This document shows, piece after piece, positions 25,437-33,048 of a DNA stretch of 41,370 nucleotides. The stretch is from positions 1 to 41,370 of the IMG/VR virus record IMGVR_UViG_3300045988_025431; one strand, written 5' to 3'. The translations under genes and the position numbers were made by a program. This DNA is from a virus. Below the pieces are notes generated by a model that saw only the letters and a list, made by a program, of their open reading frames with translations, did no database searches and had not been told where the DNA came from. Within the stretch, counting starts at the first letter, position 1. The number at the start of each line of letters is the position of its first letter.

Positions 25437-26873
25437 TCAGTATTTCCGGAACCATGCGTAATCCCGGTCCTCCGGCTCGTCCGCGTCCAGAGGGCTGTAC
25501 GGCTTCACCGCTGCCGGAACCCGAATGGTCTGCGCCACCGGGTATTCCATGCACATATACCGGCACTCGTCATAAATATGGTCCTCGCCGTCGGTGTCCA
25601 CGTCCTCAACGTCCGTCTCGCTATATACCAGATTCGGCACCGTCCGGATGAAATGCCTGCAGGTGTCGAACACATACAGCATGGGGATGCCCTGCCCATC
25701 AAAGGCTAGTCGGTTGTGTATCTGCATCTTCCCGTTCAGCCGGTCATGCTGTCCGGCCTCCCAAAACACGCCCTTGCGCTCCATCACCGCCGCCACGCTC
25801 TCCGTGCCACTGTTGCCGAAGATGGCCGGGTCTGCCACGCCCCGCACCGTCCGCCCCTGCAAATTGGGGTCCTCCCGCTCAATGCGGCGTATTTCTTCCG
25901 CCACATGGTCCGGTGTCCACTTCACGCCCTCATTGGGCGTTCCCGTGCAGCCGTACAGTTCCCGGATGCGGTAAAGCCGCCGGTCCTGATCCACGGCGTA
26001 CCAGCCCACGGAGAAGGGCCGCGTATAGCCCCAGTCCATCGCCCGCCACACATTCCAATTTCCCGGGATACGGAAGGGTTCGATGACGTGGGTCTTGATA
26101 TGGTCTCTGTAATGCTCACGGTCATTGATCCATTCGCGGAACACTTGGCCGGAAAAGCTGTCCCAGTTGCCGTCCAACAGCGCTGCACGCTCCGCCTCCG
26201 GCAGGGACGCCAGGTTTAAAATGTAGTTGGGGTCATTCCGCAGAAGCGCGGCGTTGTCCGTCACCTTTGCCGGAATGAAGATCCGGCTGCGCCTGCCCTC
26301 CTGCTTTTTGCCGTCAGCCCCCATCCAGGAAACATCCTGCCAGATGGTCTGCATGGGCGGAGCCGCCGTGATAAAGCGGTCTTTCACCCATCCGTGGCCG
26401 ATGCCGCCGGGGTTCGCCGTGGCCCGCATATAAACCCGTGTTCCCGGTCCATTGGGCCGGTTCCGGGAAAACATGTAGCTGTATTCCTCCCAGGTGAAAT
26501 GGGTCAACTCGTCAAACGCGATAAAGTCATACGCCTGTCCCTGATATTTCACGCGGTCTTTGGTGTACTGCATGGAGCCGAAAATGATTTTCGCCCCGCT
26601 GGGGAATGACCATGTGTGGCTGCTGCCGTTGTATCTGGCTTTCGGGTATACGCGCGGATAATAGGAAAGCGTCTTGTCAATCAGCTCCGCCAGCTGCGGA
26701 TAGGTCTTTCGCAGGATCAGACCCTTGTACCACGGGATATCCACCTGCCGCAGAGCCTCGATCACCAGTGCGTCGCTCTTGCCGCCTCCGGCAGCGCCGC
26801 CATACAGCGCCTCCCATTCCGGGCGGCTCATAAAAATAGCCTGTCTCGGCTGCGGCGTCCAGACAACATTCAC
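25437..26873 (-). CDS. terL: terminase large subunit
   Basis: Walker A motif GGAAGGGKSD near the N-terminus and a nuclease-type C-terminal half. It overlaps terS by 4 nt. Confidence 0.9.
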   Translation of the reverse strand: MNVVWTPQPRQAIFMSRPEWEALYGGAAGGGKSDALVIEALRQVDIPWYKGLILRKTYPQLAELIDKTLSYYPRVYPKARYNGSSHTWSFPSGAKIIFGSMQYTKDRVKYQGQAYDFIAFDELTHFTWEEYSYMFSRNRPNGPGTRVYMRATANPGGIGHGWVKDRFITAAPPMQTIWQDVSWMGADGKKQEGRRSRIFIPAKVTDNAALLRNDPNYILNLASLPEAERAALLDGNWDSFSGQVFREWINDREHYRDHIKTHVIEPFRIPGNWNVWRAMDWGYTRPFSVGWYAVDQDRRLYRIRELYGCTGTPNEGVKWTPDHVAEEIRRIEREDPNLQGRTVRGVADPAIFGNSGTESVAAVMERKGVFWEAGQHDRLNGKMQIHNRLAFDGQGIPMLYVFDTCRHFIRTVPNLVYSETDVEDVDTDGEDHIYDECRYMCMEYPVAQTIRVPAAVKPYSPLDADEPEDRDYAWFRKY

Positions 26874-27280
26874 AGCTTTTCCTCCGGCAGCACCGACGGC
26901 ATTTGCACCACGCCGGTACCCGCTTCATCCGCGCCCCTGCCCTGTACCTGCGTCCACTTGTCAATCAGGGTCCCTAACGCCGTTGTGATCTGGCTGGGCG
27001 TTGCTTCCGCCAGCTTCTCAGGGTCATTCAGTACCGCCAGCCCCTTTCCGATGATCTGGCATACAATGTCCCGCTGGCTTTCCATGTACGCGAGAATGTC
27101 CGCTGTGTTCTGGTCTTTTTTCTGTTCCAGTTTTTTCTCGACTTCTCCCGCTTCTTTCAGGACTTTGTTCGCGGCGTCCCACGAAACCTTGTTCTTTTTC
27201 GCGGCAGCATTCACTGACTGCGTTTCCAGATAGTCCGCCAGTATTTTCTTTTTCTGCCGGTCTGTCAGACGCGCAGCCAT
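26870..27280 (-). CDS. terS: terminase small subunit
   Basis: N-terminal HTH-like segment (LTDRQKKKILADYLETQSVNAAAKKNKVS) and a position immediately upstream of terL. The start is set at ATG 27280, after a GAGGTGG RBS. Confidence 0.7.
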   Translation of the reverse strand: MAARLTDRQKKKILADYLETQSVNAAAKKNKVSWDAANKVLKEAGEVEKKLEQKKDQNTADILAYMESQRDIVCQIIGKGLAVLNDPEKLAEATPSQITTALGTLIDKWTQVQGRGADEAGTGVVQMPSVLPEEKL

Positions 27281-27289
27281 TGTCACCAC

Positions 27290-27940
27290 CTCGCACTTTT
27301 ATTTGCTACCAGCCCCCACCCCTTGGCCTTACATAGCAGACTTTACCCGCCCCGAAGGGCTACAACACCGCCCACATTGGGCGCTATTCTTTTCACAGGT
27401 CCCGGCATTGCGATCTGTTTGAATTGCTTACACAGCGGCCTAATCATACGATTGCCGCCACCACGCCACATCCATTGAACGCCTCGGCACTCGCGCAGAT
27501 TGTAGCAATGCCGGTATCCCACGGAACTTTTCAGCCCTGCGCCGGTATGTCGGTCGCATCCGTTTCTTCATTCATAGGCCGGAGCCAGCAAAATAATGAT
27601 TATTCGCCCTGCCGCTTTCATACAGCGCACAGGCAAGCCCCTTGTAGCGGTCTTACCCTTCCGCGGTGCCGCAATGCGGTAGCATACATCTGGTACGGCA
27701 TTGCAGTCCTGCCCTGCTTTAGCGCTTCAGGGAAAATCCCCGTCACTCGCTGTGGCCTCCCCTTACGGGGCACCTATGCCGTGAATGACTCCCCTGGGCC
27801 ACATCGTAGAGAGGTGTGGGGAGTCCTGTGCCGCATGGCGGGTGCGACCCGCCGCCCCTGATCGTGGGGTACATCGTGCGTGCGGCATATAGTCCCCGGC
27901 ATTCCGCCGGGGTTGGAGAGAGAAAGGATGAAAATGGAGG
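27290..27940 (-). ncRNA. candidate large structured RNA / late-operon leader (strand assignment tentative)
   Basis: No credible ORF in any frame. Many perfect GC-rich helices are present, including a three-way junction. On the minus strand, cUUCGg and GUAA tetraloops cap two hairpins. It is bounded by the early terminator and the terS RBS. Confidence 0.45.
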
Positions 27941-27977
27941 AAAGAAAAGGATGTGTGAGATACACTCCCACACATCC
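27938..27977 (-). terminator. intrinsic terminator ending the early operon
   Basis: Stem GGATGTGTG/CACACATCC (27949-27957/27969-27977), extendable by 3 pairs. On the minus strand it is followed by UUUUCUUUCCUCC. Confidence 0.7.
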
Positions 27978-28023
27978 ATTGTCGCACTGTTCAACAGCGT
28001 TTTTCCCCTTAAAAGGGGAATTT

Positions 28024-28269
28024 TCAATTTTTATTATGAGGCGCTGAAATATTTACCATCAGTGGATAATCCGTCCGCCCCATGAGATAGTCAACAGACA
28101 CCCCCAGTTCATCCGCAAGGTTTTGAAGGGCATCCATAGACGGCGTTGCTTCGCCCATTTCATAACGCCGCACAGCGTCCGAATGTAGGCCGCACCGTTC
28201 CGACAACACATACCGCTTTATCCGCTTCTGCTCCCTCAACTGCCGCAGCCGCTCCGGGAATGTACTCAT
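28024..28269 (-). CDS. XRE-family HTH protein (81 aa), last gene of the early operon
   Basis: Start trimmed to ATG 28269 (GAGGTG RBS). Motif: FPERLRQLREQKRIKRYVLSERCGLHSDAVRRYEMGEATPSMDALQNLADELGVSVDYLMGR. Confidence 0.75.
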   Translation of the reverse strand: MSTFPERLRQLREQKRIKRYVLSERCGLHSDAVRRYEMGEATPSMDALQNLADELGVSVDYLMGRTDYPLMVNISAPHNKN

Positions 28270-28282
28270 GTTATCACCTCGG

Positions 28283-28480
28283 TCATACGCACTCCCCAAT
28301 TCCCCGCAGCAGTGCCACCAAGTCATAAAAACAATGCGGGTCTAACCCGGTCTCTTTCTTGATGCGCTCAAACCTGTAGTCCGCCGTATTGCGGTGCATA
28401 TAGACCTGCCGTGCAGCCTGCTCCAGGATCATGTCGTTTTCCGCATATGCCCTTAGCAGGGCTTTGTCATCGCTTGTCAT
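28283..28480 (-). CDS. small HTH protein (PucR/CdaR C-terminal-like), 65 aa
   Basis: ILEQAARQVYMHRNTADYRFERIKKETGLDP resembles a PucR-type HTH. The RBS is GGGAGG. Confidence 0.55.
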   Translation of the reverse strand: MTSDDKALLRAYAENDMILEQAARQVYMHRNTADYRFERIKKETGLDPHCFYDLVALLRGIGECV

Positions 28481-28820
28481 GTTGCCTCCCATATGTCACT
28501 TTCCGCAGTTCGTGATACCGCTCCGGGAATGGTCTTAACTCCTGTTTGCCGCCGATGATCTGGGCCATCACCCGGTCCATGTGCTCCTGCATCACGTCCG
28601 CCGCCGGGTCGTTGGAATTGAGGGCGGGCGTGTACTCCTTTTGGGTCTGCTGCCACGCCTCCGTCAGCCGCATGATCCGGTCATACCCCCAGCCCTCCGT
28701 CTGGTGGAGGGTCATTTGCAGGGTATCGATCATGTACTGGGAGGTTAGCCGCTGGGCGGCGTCTACTTTCGCCTGGGCGAATTGCTCGGCAAAGGCAATC
28801 ATGCCGGATTGTTTAGCCAT
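28467..28820 (-). CDS. hypothetical protein (117 aa)
   Basis: Start trimmed to ATG 28820. It overlaps the neighbouring genes by 8 and 14 nt. Confidence 0.55.
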   Translation of the reverse strand: MAKQSGMIAFAEQFAQAKVDAAQRLTSQYMIDTLQMTLHQTEGWGYDRIMRLTEAWQQTQKEYTPALNSNDPAADVMQEHMDRVMAQIIGGKQELRPFPERYHELRKVTYGRQHDKR

Positions 28821-29112
28821 CCCCGCCGTCCTTTCTTTCGCCGTGACTGCAAAAGCCATCTGGCGGCATTGGTTCGAATGTTTCCCAGCAGATGGGGACG
28901 TCTCTGGTTCCGGGTCCCCAATCTTTACAGTCCTTGCAGCGAAGTACCTGAACCACATCGGCGGCAGGCAGCTTGCCGATAGCAATTTCAGCTTCACACA
29001 ACTTGCGATACATTGCGTGTTCAAAGCCTTTGAATGGCTTAAACTGCTGAAATTCGTTCTCTAATTCGATCAGCAGATTGACCACTTTGTGTTTCTCGAT
29101 GTACTCATCCAT
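28813..29112 (-). CDS. Cys-rich small protein ending FCSHGERKDGGDG
   Basis: Track ORF with CxxC motifs. It is one member of a three-gene family in this window. Confidence 0.6.
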   Translation of the reverse strand: MDEYIEKHKVVNLLIELENEFQQFKPFKGFEHAMYRKLCEAEIAIGKLPAADVVQVLRCKDCKDWGPGTRDVPICWETFEPMPPDGFCSHGERKDGGDG

Positions 29113-29113
29113 C

Positions 29114-29257
29114 TTATTTCCTCCCCAACAAGTACAGTTTCAGCCACAGGGGGATGTCGGCGGTCAAAATGCTTTTGAAATAAAACACGATAAACGCAAT
29201 GCCAGCGGCTATAACCAGCGTCCAAAAGGCTATAATCAGCCAGTCTTTCAACTTCAT
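29114..29257 (-). CDS. small membrane protein (47 aa, MKLKDWLIIAFWTLVIAAGIAFIVFYF...)
   Basis: ATGA overlap with the upstream stop, and its stop lies 1 nt before the next ATG. It has a single clear TM segment and is below the track cutoff. Confidence 0.5.
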   Translation of the reverse strand: MKLKDWLIIAFWTLVIAAGIAFIVFYFKSILTADIPLWLKLYLLGRK

Positions 29258-29595
29258 TCAGCACCGCCATCCTTTCTCTCGCCGAAGCCGCAAAAGAACG
29301 TCCTTGTGTCCTTATCAAATGGCAAAAACGCGATGTTTGTTTTAGGGCAAAATGCGTACATATCTTTTCGATTCCACACGCACAAATGCTTGCAGTCCTC
29401 ACACCGCACCACAGGCACAACACCCTTCCTTGCATCGTCGAAACCTTTCTGATACTGCTCACGGTCATAGCGGAGCGCTCGGATTAGTTCATCCCTATCA
29501 ACGGTAATGTCAGCCCGCTGCACGGCTTTGAGAATTTCACCCTCAAACTGCATTTCAAGATTTCCTTGGAATACTTTAATTGGCGATTCATACAT
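29254..29595 (-). CDS. Cys-rich small protein ending FCGFGERKDGGAE
   Basis: Start trimmed to ATG 29595 (GGAGGTG RBS). It carries RCEDCKH and C-terminal Cys motifs. Confidence 0.6.
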   Translation of the reverse strand: MYESPIKVFQGNLEMQFEGEILKAVQRADITVDRDELIRALRYDREQYQKGFDDARKGVVPVVRCEDCKHLCVWNRKDMYAFCPKTNIAFLPFDKDTRTFFCGFGERKDGGAE

Positions 29596-29866
29596 GGTCA
29601 GCACCTCCGTCCATCTTTGCCCCGCAGTTGGGGCAGTAATTGCTTCTGCGATCATTCCACATATCGCAGCAGCTTGATACACCTCCTTCGGCAACAGTAA
29701 CACCGCTTCTATAATGGTCCATCCACCGCCCATGCACCACCGGCGCAACGTCGGCGGCTGCTGGCGAGGCAACAATCTCCATTGCCATGGCACCGTCGTA
29801 ACCGTCCACCCATTTCGCCGCCATCACCGCTTTTACGGCAGTTTCCCGGTCAATGTATTCAGCCAT
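29588..29866 (-). CDS. Cys-rich small protein ending YCPNCGAKMDGGADHV
   Basis: Start trimmed to ATG 29866 (AGGAGGG RBS). The motif AADVAPVVHGRW is followed by a zinc-ribbon-like tail. Confidence 0.6.
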   Translation of the reverse strand: MAEYIDRETAVKAVMAAKWVDGYDGAMAMEIVASPAAADVAPVVHGRWMDHYRSGVTVAEGGVSSCCDMWNDRRSNYCPNCGAKMDGGADHV

Positions 29867-29868
29867 GG

Positions 29869-30069
29869 TCAGCCCTCCTGTTTCAGCTCTTGCACAGTCT
29901 GGTGGATACGCTTCGCGCAGGCAGGGCATATTTCCCTCACATCCACTATGACATCCACTATGTCCGGGACGCTTGCGTAAATGCCAGCGTTGTTCTCCAT
30001 GCTGACCTTATAAGTTTCCTGAAGATTGTGTATTTCTTTCCCGCAAAGATCACAAAAATGCTTAGTCAT
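29869..30069 (-). CDS. zinc-ribbon small protein (66 aa)
   Basis: CDLCG...CPAC motif, with an ATGA overlap with the upstream gene. Confidence 0.55.
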   Translation of the reverse strand: MTKHFCDLCGKEIHNLQETYKVSMENNAGIYASVPDIVDVIVDVREICPACAKRIHQTVQELKQEG

Positions 30070-30299
30070 GTTCTTTCCCCCCTCCTGTTCCACGCCTCAG
30101 TTACGGCGTTTTCACAGATTTCACGCTCGTTATATTTCCCGTTAGGCATATTGATGCCGACAACAGGACTTCTCGCATGGCATTTCATACACCGGATGCT
30201 TACGGAACAATGTTTCTCCCAACCGTTCTGAAAAGTGCGCTTGCTGTCGATTTTGAGATTTGTGCCGCCGCAGAACGGGCACGGTTTTAGTTCAGCCAT
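30066..30299 (-). CDS. lar: Lar-family restriction alleviation protein
   Basis: MAELKPCPFCGG...IRCMKCHA...AVTEAWNRR matches the Lar-family signature. Confidence 0.75.
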   Translation of the reverse strand: MAELKPCPFCGGTNLKIDSKRTFQNGWEKHCSVSIRCMKCHARSPVVGINMPNGKYNEREICENAVTEAWNRRGERT

Positions 30300-30834
30300 C
30301 CTTCATTGCCTCCAATGCTTTCCCCGCCGCATCACGGGTGAGGAATACGGTCTTGCCGATTTCATTAACCGGTACGCCAAAAATGGATTTATCAACAAAC
30401 CCGGCTACAATATCCCATTCAATGAATGTACAAAACAATTCCACGCGAATTGCCTTTACTCGGTATTCGCTTATGGTTTTTCGACTTGTAACCTCATACA
30501 CCGTATCTCCCGCTTTGCACGGCGGTACCACCAGCCGTCCGGCTCTGTCGGCCTCGGCCAGTTCGCGTAAGCGGGTATAACTGCAAATGCTCTCCAAATC
30601 AGCAAGACGCATCAGCTTCAGTGCGATCTCGTCTGCCTTATCTTTCGGCAGGACTTCCTCCGGCTCAAGCCCCGTGTCCTCGTAGGCGGCAAGGCGCTCC
30701 TTGAGGCGATTGCGGCAGTACAGCGCGGTGCAGTCAACCATCGGTTTACCATGCTTACCCGTCCAATCTGCTTTGCACTTCTCGCAGTCCATCATTGCCT
30801 GTCCATCGGTGTCGTACTTTGTCAGTCGTTTCAT
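30292..30834 (-). CDS. hypothetical protein (180 aa)
   Basis: Start trimmed to ATG 30834 (GGAGGAGG RBS). The N-terminus is Cys-rich, and the motif ADRAGRLVVPPCKAGDTVY is present. Confidence 0.6.
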   Translation of the reverse strand: MKRLTKYDTDGQAMMDCEKCKADWTGKHGKPMVDCTALYCRNRLKERLAAYEDTGLEPEEVLPKDKADEIALKLMRLADLESICSYTRLRELAEADRAGRLVVPPCKAGDTVYEVTSRKTISEYRVKAIRVELFCTFIEWDIVAGFVDKSIFGVPVNEIGKTVFLTRDAAGKALEAMKDG

Positions 30835-30838
30835 CTTC

Positions 30839-31069
30839 TTACCTCCTCCATCGGCATCCGTTACAGGCCCCCTCATGGGCCAGCGTGTAGTTTCCACATT
30901 TCAGGCACAGTTCGTTCCGCAGTGCGTCAATTTCTTTCGCCTGCGCTTCGATCCGGTCAGCGGCTTCCGCCAGGTCTTTTTCCAGCCCTCCCAGCGGATT
31001 CATCATGTCCCCATTTTCCCACCAATCCGCGTGCTCACGCAGCGCATTTACGAGGTTTGTATCTTTCAT
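30839..31069 (-). CDS. hypothetical protein (76 aa) with C-terminal CxxC...CxxC
   Basis: Start trimmed to ATG 31069 (AAGGGAGG RBS). Confidence 0.55.
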   Translation of the reverse strand: MKDTNLVNALREHADWWENGDMMNPLGGLEKDLAEAADRIEAQAKEIDALRNELCLKCGNYTLAHEGACNGCRWRR

Positions 31070-31085
31070 AGTTCCTCCCTTATAT

Positions 31086-31118
31086 CTCCGCCCCATTGCT
31101 CCGCCCCATTGCTCCGCC
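31086..31118. repeat. 13-bp tandem repeat CTCCGCCCCATTG, about 2.5 copies
   Basis: Perfect copies lie at 31086-31098 and 31099-31111, with a partial third. They sit in the only sizeable gap (104 nt) of the early operon, directly upstream of an RBS. Confidence 0.8.
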
Positions 31119-31173
31119 ATGGCCTGGGCGACTCCGGGGGTAAGCAAGCGTATACGAAAACTTAAATGGCGCT

Positions 31174-31833
31174 TTAACAGACTGTGACATTCCACTCCGC
31201 ATCCTCACAAATATCTACGATATGGTCGCACAATGCAGCCGGGATGACAGACCGCTCCACGCTGCCAGCCAGCCCTTGCGTTCCCGTTTTGGCCCCGCGC
31301 GGGGCAGAGATATGGCACGGGTCGCCGTTATGACAAGGCGGTTTAAATCTGGGAAGCGGATGATTTGTCCAGATGTCCGTGGGCTTCATTCGGGTGTCCC
31401 CGTACTGACAGTATGTGACGGTGTACCGGGGCAGCCCCTCCATCCACGTCATTTTGCGCATCCCTCCACGCGGATTCTCAATGAACCAGTAAGTCGGGCT
31501 CAATGCTAAAATCAGCCGCAGCACGTGCTGGTCCACTGCATCGCAAAACTTGGCATACTCGCTCACCGGGTCCAAATTTCCTGTCTCGGGGTTTTTCCGC
31601 CTGTGGTGGCTGATGGCCGCGATAGAAAATGTGGTGCAGTCCGGGCTTGCCCAGATCACATCAGGCCGCCCAAACTCCCGCAGCACATCCTCCGCAGTCA
31701 GCTTCAGGATGTCAGCATATAGGTCGATGCGGTCAAATCGTTTGTCCCACTCTACGGAGTACACCTTGTGGCCCCGGGCCTCGAACGCCTTCCCTATAGA
31801 GCGCGTCCCGGCAAATAGCTCAAGCACCTTCAT
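31174..31833 (-). CDS. DNA (cytosine-5) methyltransferase, short form (219 aa)
   Basis: Motif I ELFAGTRS, motif IV SPDCTTFS (the PC motif) and motif VI FIENPRG. Confidence 0.75.
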   Translation of the reverse strand: MKVLELFAGTRSIGKAFEARGHKVYSVEWDKRFDRIDLYADILKLTAEDVLREFGRPDVIWASPDCTTFSIAAISHHRRKNPETGNLDPVSEYAKFCDAVDQHVLRLILALSPTYWFIENPRGGMRKMTWMEGLPRYTVTYCQYGDTRMKPTDIWTNHPLPRFKPPCHNGDPCHISAPRGAKTGTQGLAGSVERSVIPAALCDHIVDICEDAEWNVTVC

Positions 31834-31919
31834 CCATTGTCCTCCTCATCCGTCGCAGCACCCGCCCGGAACGCCTTGCAGACTTCCTGCGATTCCTCGC
31901 AGGCTATCAACACTTTCAT
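31830..31919 (-). CDS. 29-aa mini-ORF resembling a methyltransferase N-terminus (possible gene remnant or leader peptide)
   Basis: MKVLIACEESQEVCKAFRAGAATDEEDNG has ATGA overlaps at both ends. Its first 20 residues parallel the MKVLELFAGTRSIGKAFEARG of the downstream methyltransferase. Confidence 0.35.
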   Translation of the reverse strand: MKVLIACEESQEVCKAFRAGAATDEEDNG

Positions 31920-32272
31920 GCGTCTTCCACCTCCGCAAGCCAGAACGCCTTTCGGCACTCAGAGCATTTAGGTCCGCCGCACTCTTTTCGCATCTTTTCG
32001 TAAATATTGCAAGGGCACAAAGTTAGACAACCATCCGTTTTGCCAACATCTGCCCCCGGAAACATCTTCAAGAACTCGCTCTGGCGGGTTTTGGCGGGAT
32101 GCTTCTCGGCCCACTGTTCAACAATGGCGACTTTTTCCTCGGCAGATATGGCGCTGTAGCTGCTATCGAGCTTACAAGATGTATTATCACCAGCCGGACA
32201 CGACCAGCATTTGCTATAATAATCATTGCACATTCTCATGGCCGCACGGGTAAACTTAACTGCATCCATCAT
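31916..32272 (-). CDS. Cys-rich hypothetical protein (118 aa)
   Basis: Track ORF with 4-nt overlaps on both sides. Confidence 0.6.
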   Translation of the reverse strand: MMDAVKFTRAAMRMCNDYYSKCWSCPAGDNTSCKLDSSYSAISAEEKVAIVEQWAEKHPAKTRQSEFLKMFPGADVGKTDGCLTLCPCNIYEKMRKECGGPKCSECRKAFWLAEVEDA

Positions 32273-32676
32273 TCTGCCTCCTCAATGGTGACCTCCACGC
32301 GGGAGGCTCCGGTTGTCTGATACTTCCGCACGGTCAGCATCGCGATTGCGCTGTCATCGTTGTAGGAGTGGCCGTTCAGCGCGTCCAGAATGGCCTTCGC
32401 CAAGTTGTCAGCGTCAGGGCGCTTGATGTGGGGCGTCCCGTCCAGCGCAGCGGCCTTTTTCTTCGATGTACTCTTGGGCACCGTAAAGAACGCCGTGACG
32501 GTGGCCGTCAGCGGGATGCCGTCCGCAAAGCCTTTCCCGCTCTGGCACTGCCTGCACTGGACCACCTTGTTCTCATACTCCCGCGTTTTCTGCGGGGTGT
32601 AGGTGTGGCCGTTTTTCATAAACCGTGGACGGCCCTTGCCTACCGGAATACCGGGGACCGTAAATTCAACCTTCAT
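32269..32676 (-). CDS. rusA: RusA-family Holliday junction resolvase
   Basis: The motifs GKGRPRF, RPDADNLAKAILDALNG and YNDDSAI are present. Confidence 0.85.
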   Translation of the reverse strand: MKVEFTVPGIPVGKGRPRFMKNGHTYTPQKTREYENKVVQCRQCQSGKGFADGIPLTATVTAFFTVPKSTSKKKAAALDGTPHIKRPDADNLAKAILDALNGHSYNDDSAIAMLTVRKYQTTGASRVEVTIEEAE

Positions 32677-32810
32677 CGCTTTTCTTCCTTTCCGTCAATG
32701 ATGACCTGCACCACCCGGACGCGGCCCAGAGGCTCCAGCAGCATGGCCACCGCCTCCTTGGTTGCCAGCAGGTCACCGTCCTCATGGACGTCAATCACAA
32801 GCCTTGTCAT
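32673..32810 (-). CDS. small hypothetical protein (45 aa)
   Basis: ATG 32810 follows an AAGGAGGG RBS, and the stop overlaps the rusA start. Confidence 0.45.
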   Translation of the reverse strand: MTRLVIDVHEDGDLLATKEAVAMLLEPLGRVRVVQVIIDGKEEKR

Positions 32811-33048
32811 GCGCCCTCCTTGGGTCTGCCCGGAACTGGGGGCCGGTATAGATTTTGTAAGATTTGGCAGAGAAATTTTCCGGGCCACGGTCCAGGTGGT
32901 TCCGGATGATGCTCGGTTCCGCCTTCCAGCCGGGGACGGGTTCCCCTTTTGCGGACCATGAACAACCGCCGCAGGCGTTGGCGCAATCCCAGCAGGGCTG
33001 GCTATGCGGAGCAATGTAGCAGTCCGACAGCTTAATATCCGTAGCCAT
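32791..33048 (-). CDS. Cys-rich hypothetical protein (85 aa)
   Basis: Start at ATG 33048, overlapping the upstream stop (TAATG). Motif: CWDCANACGGCSWS. Confidence 0.55.
   Translation of the reverse strand: MATDIKLSDCYIAPHSQPCWDCANACGGCSWSAKGEPVPGWKAEPSIIRNHLDRGPENFSAKSYKIYTGPQFRADPRRAHDKACD

Noticed and set aside
27424-27861. 145-aa plus-strand ORF and three overlapping minus-strand ORFs (27743..28027, 27763..27987, 27774..27971) in the terS-upstream gap
   Set aside because: No RBS. The composition is Pro/Arg/Cys/His-rich, and the reading frames overlap one another. The region is better explained by its dense perfect helices as noncoding structure.
28003-28032. Hairpin TTCCCCT-TAAA-AGGGGAA followed by T-runs on the plus strand, as a terminator of a plus-strand transcript
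   Set aside because: I found no convincing plus-strand promoter or gene feeding into it. It sits directly after the stop of the minus-strand gene 28024..28269 and just before the better minus-strand terminator at 27938-27977. It was kept only as a caveat on the strand of the structured region.
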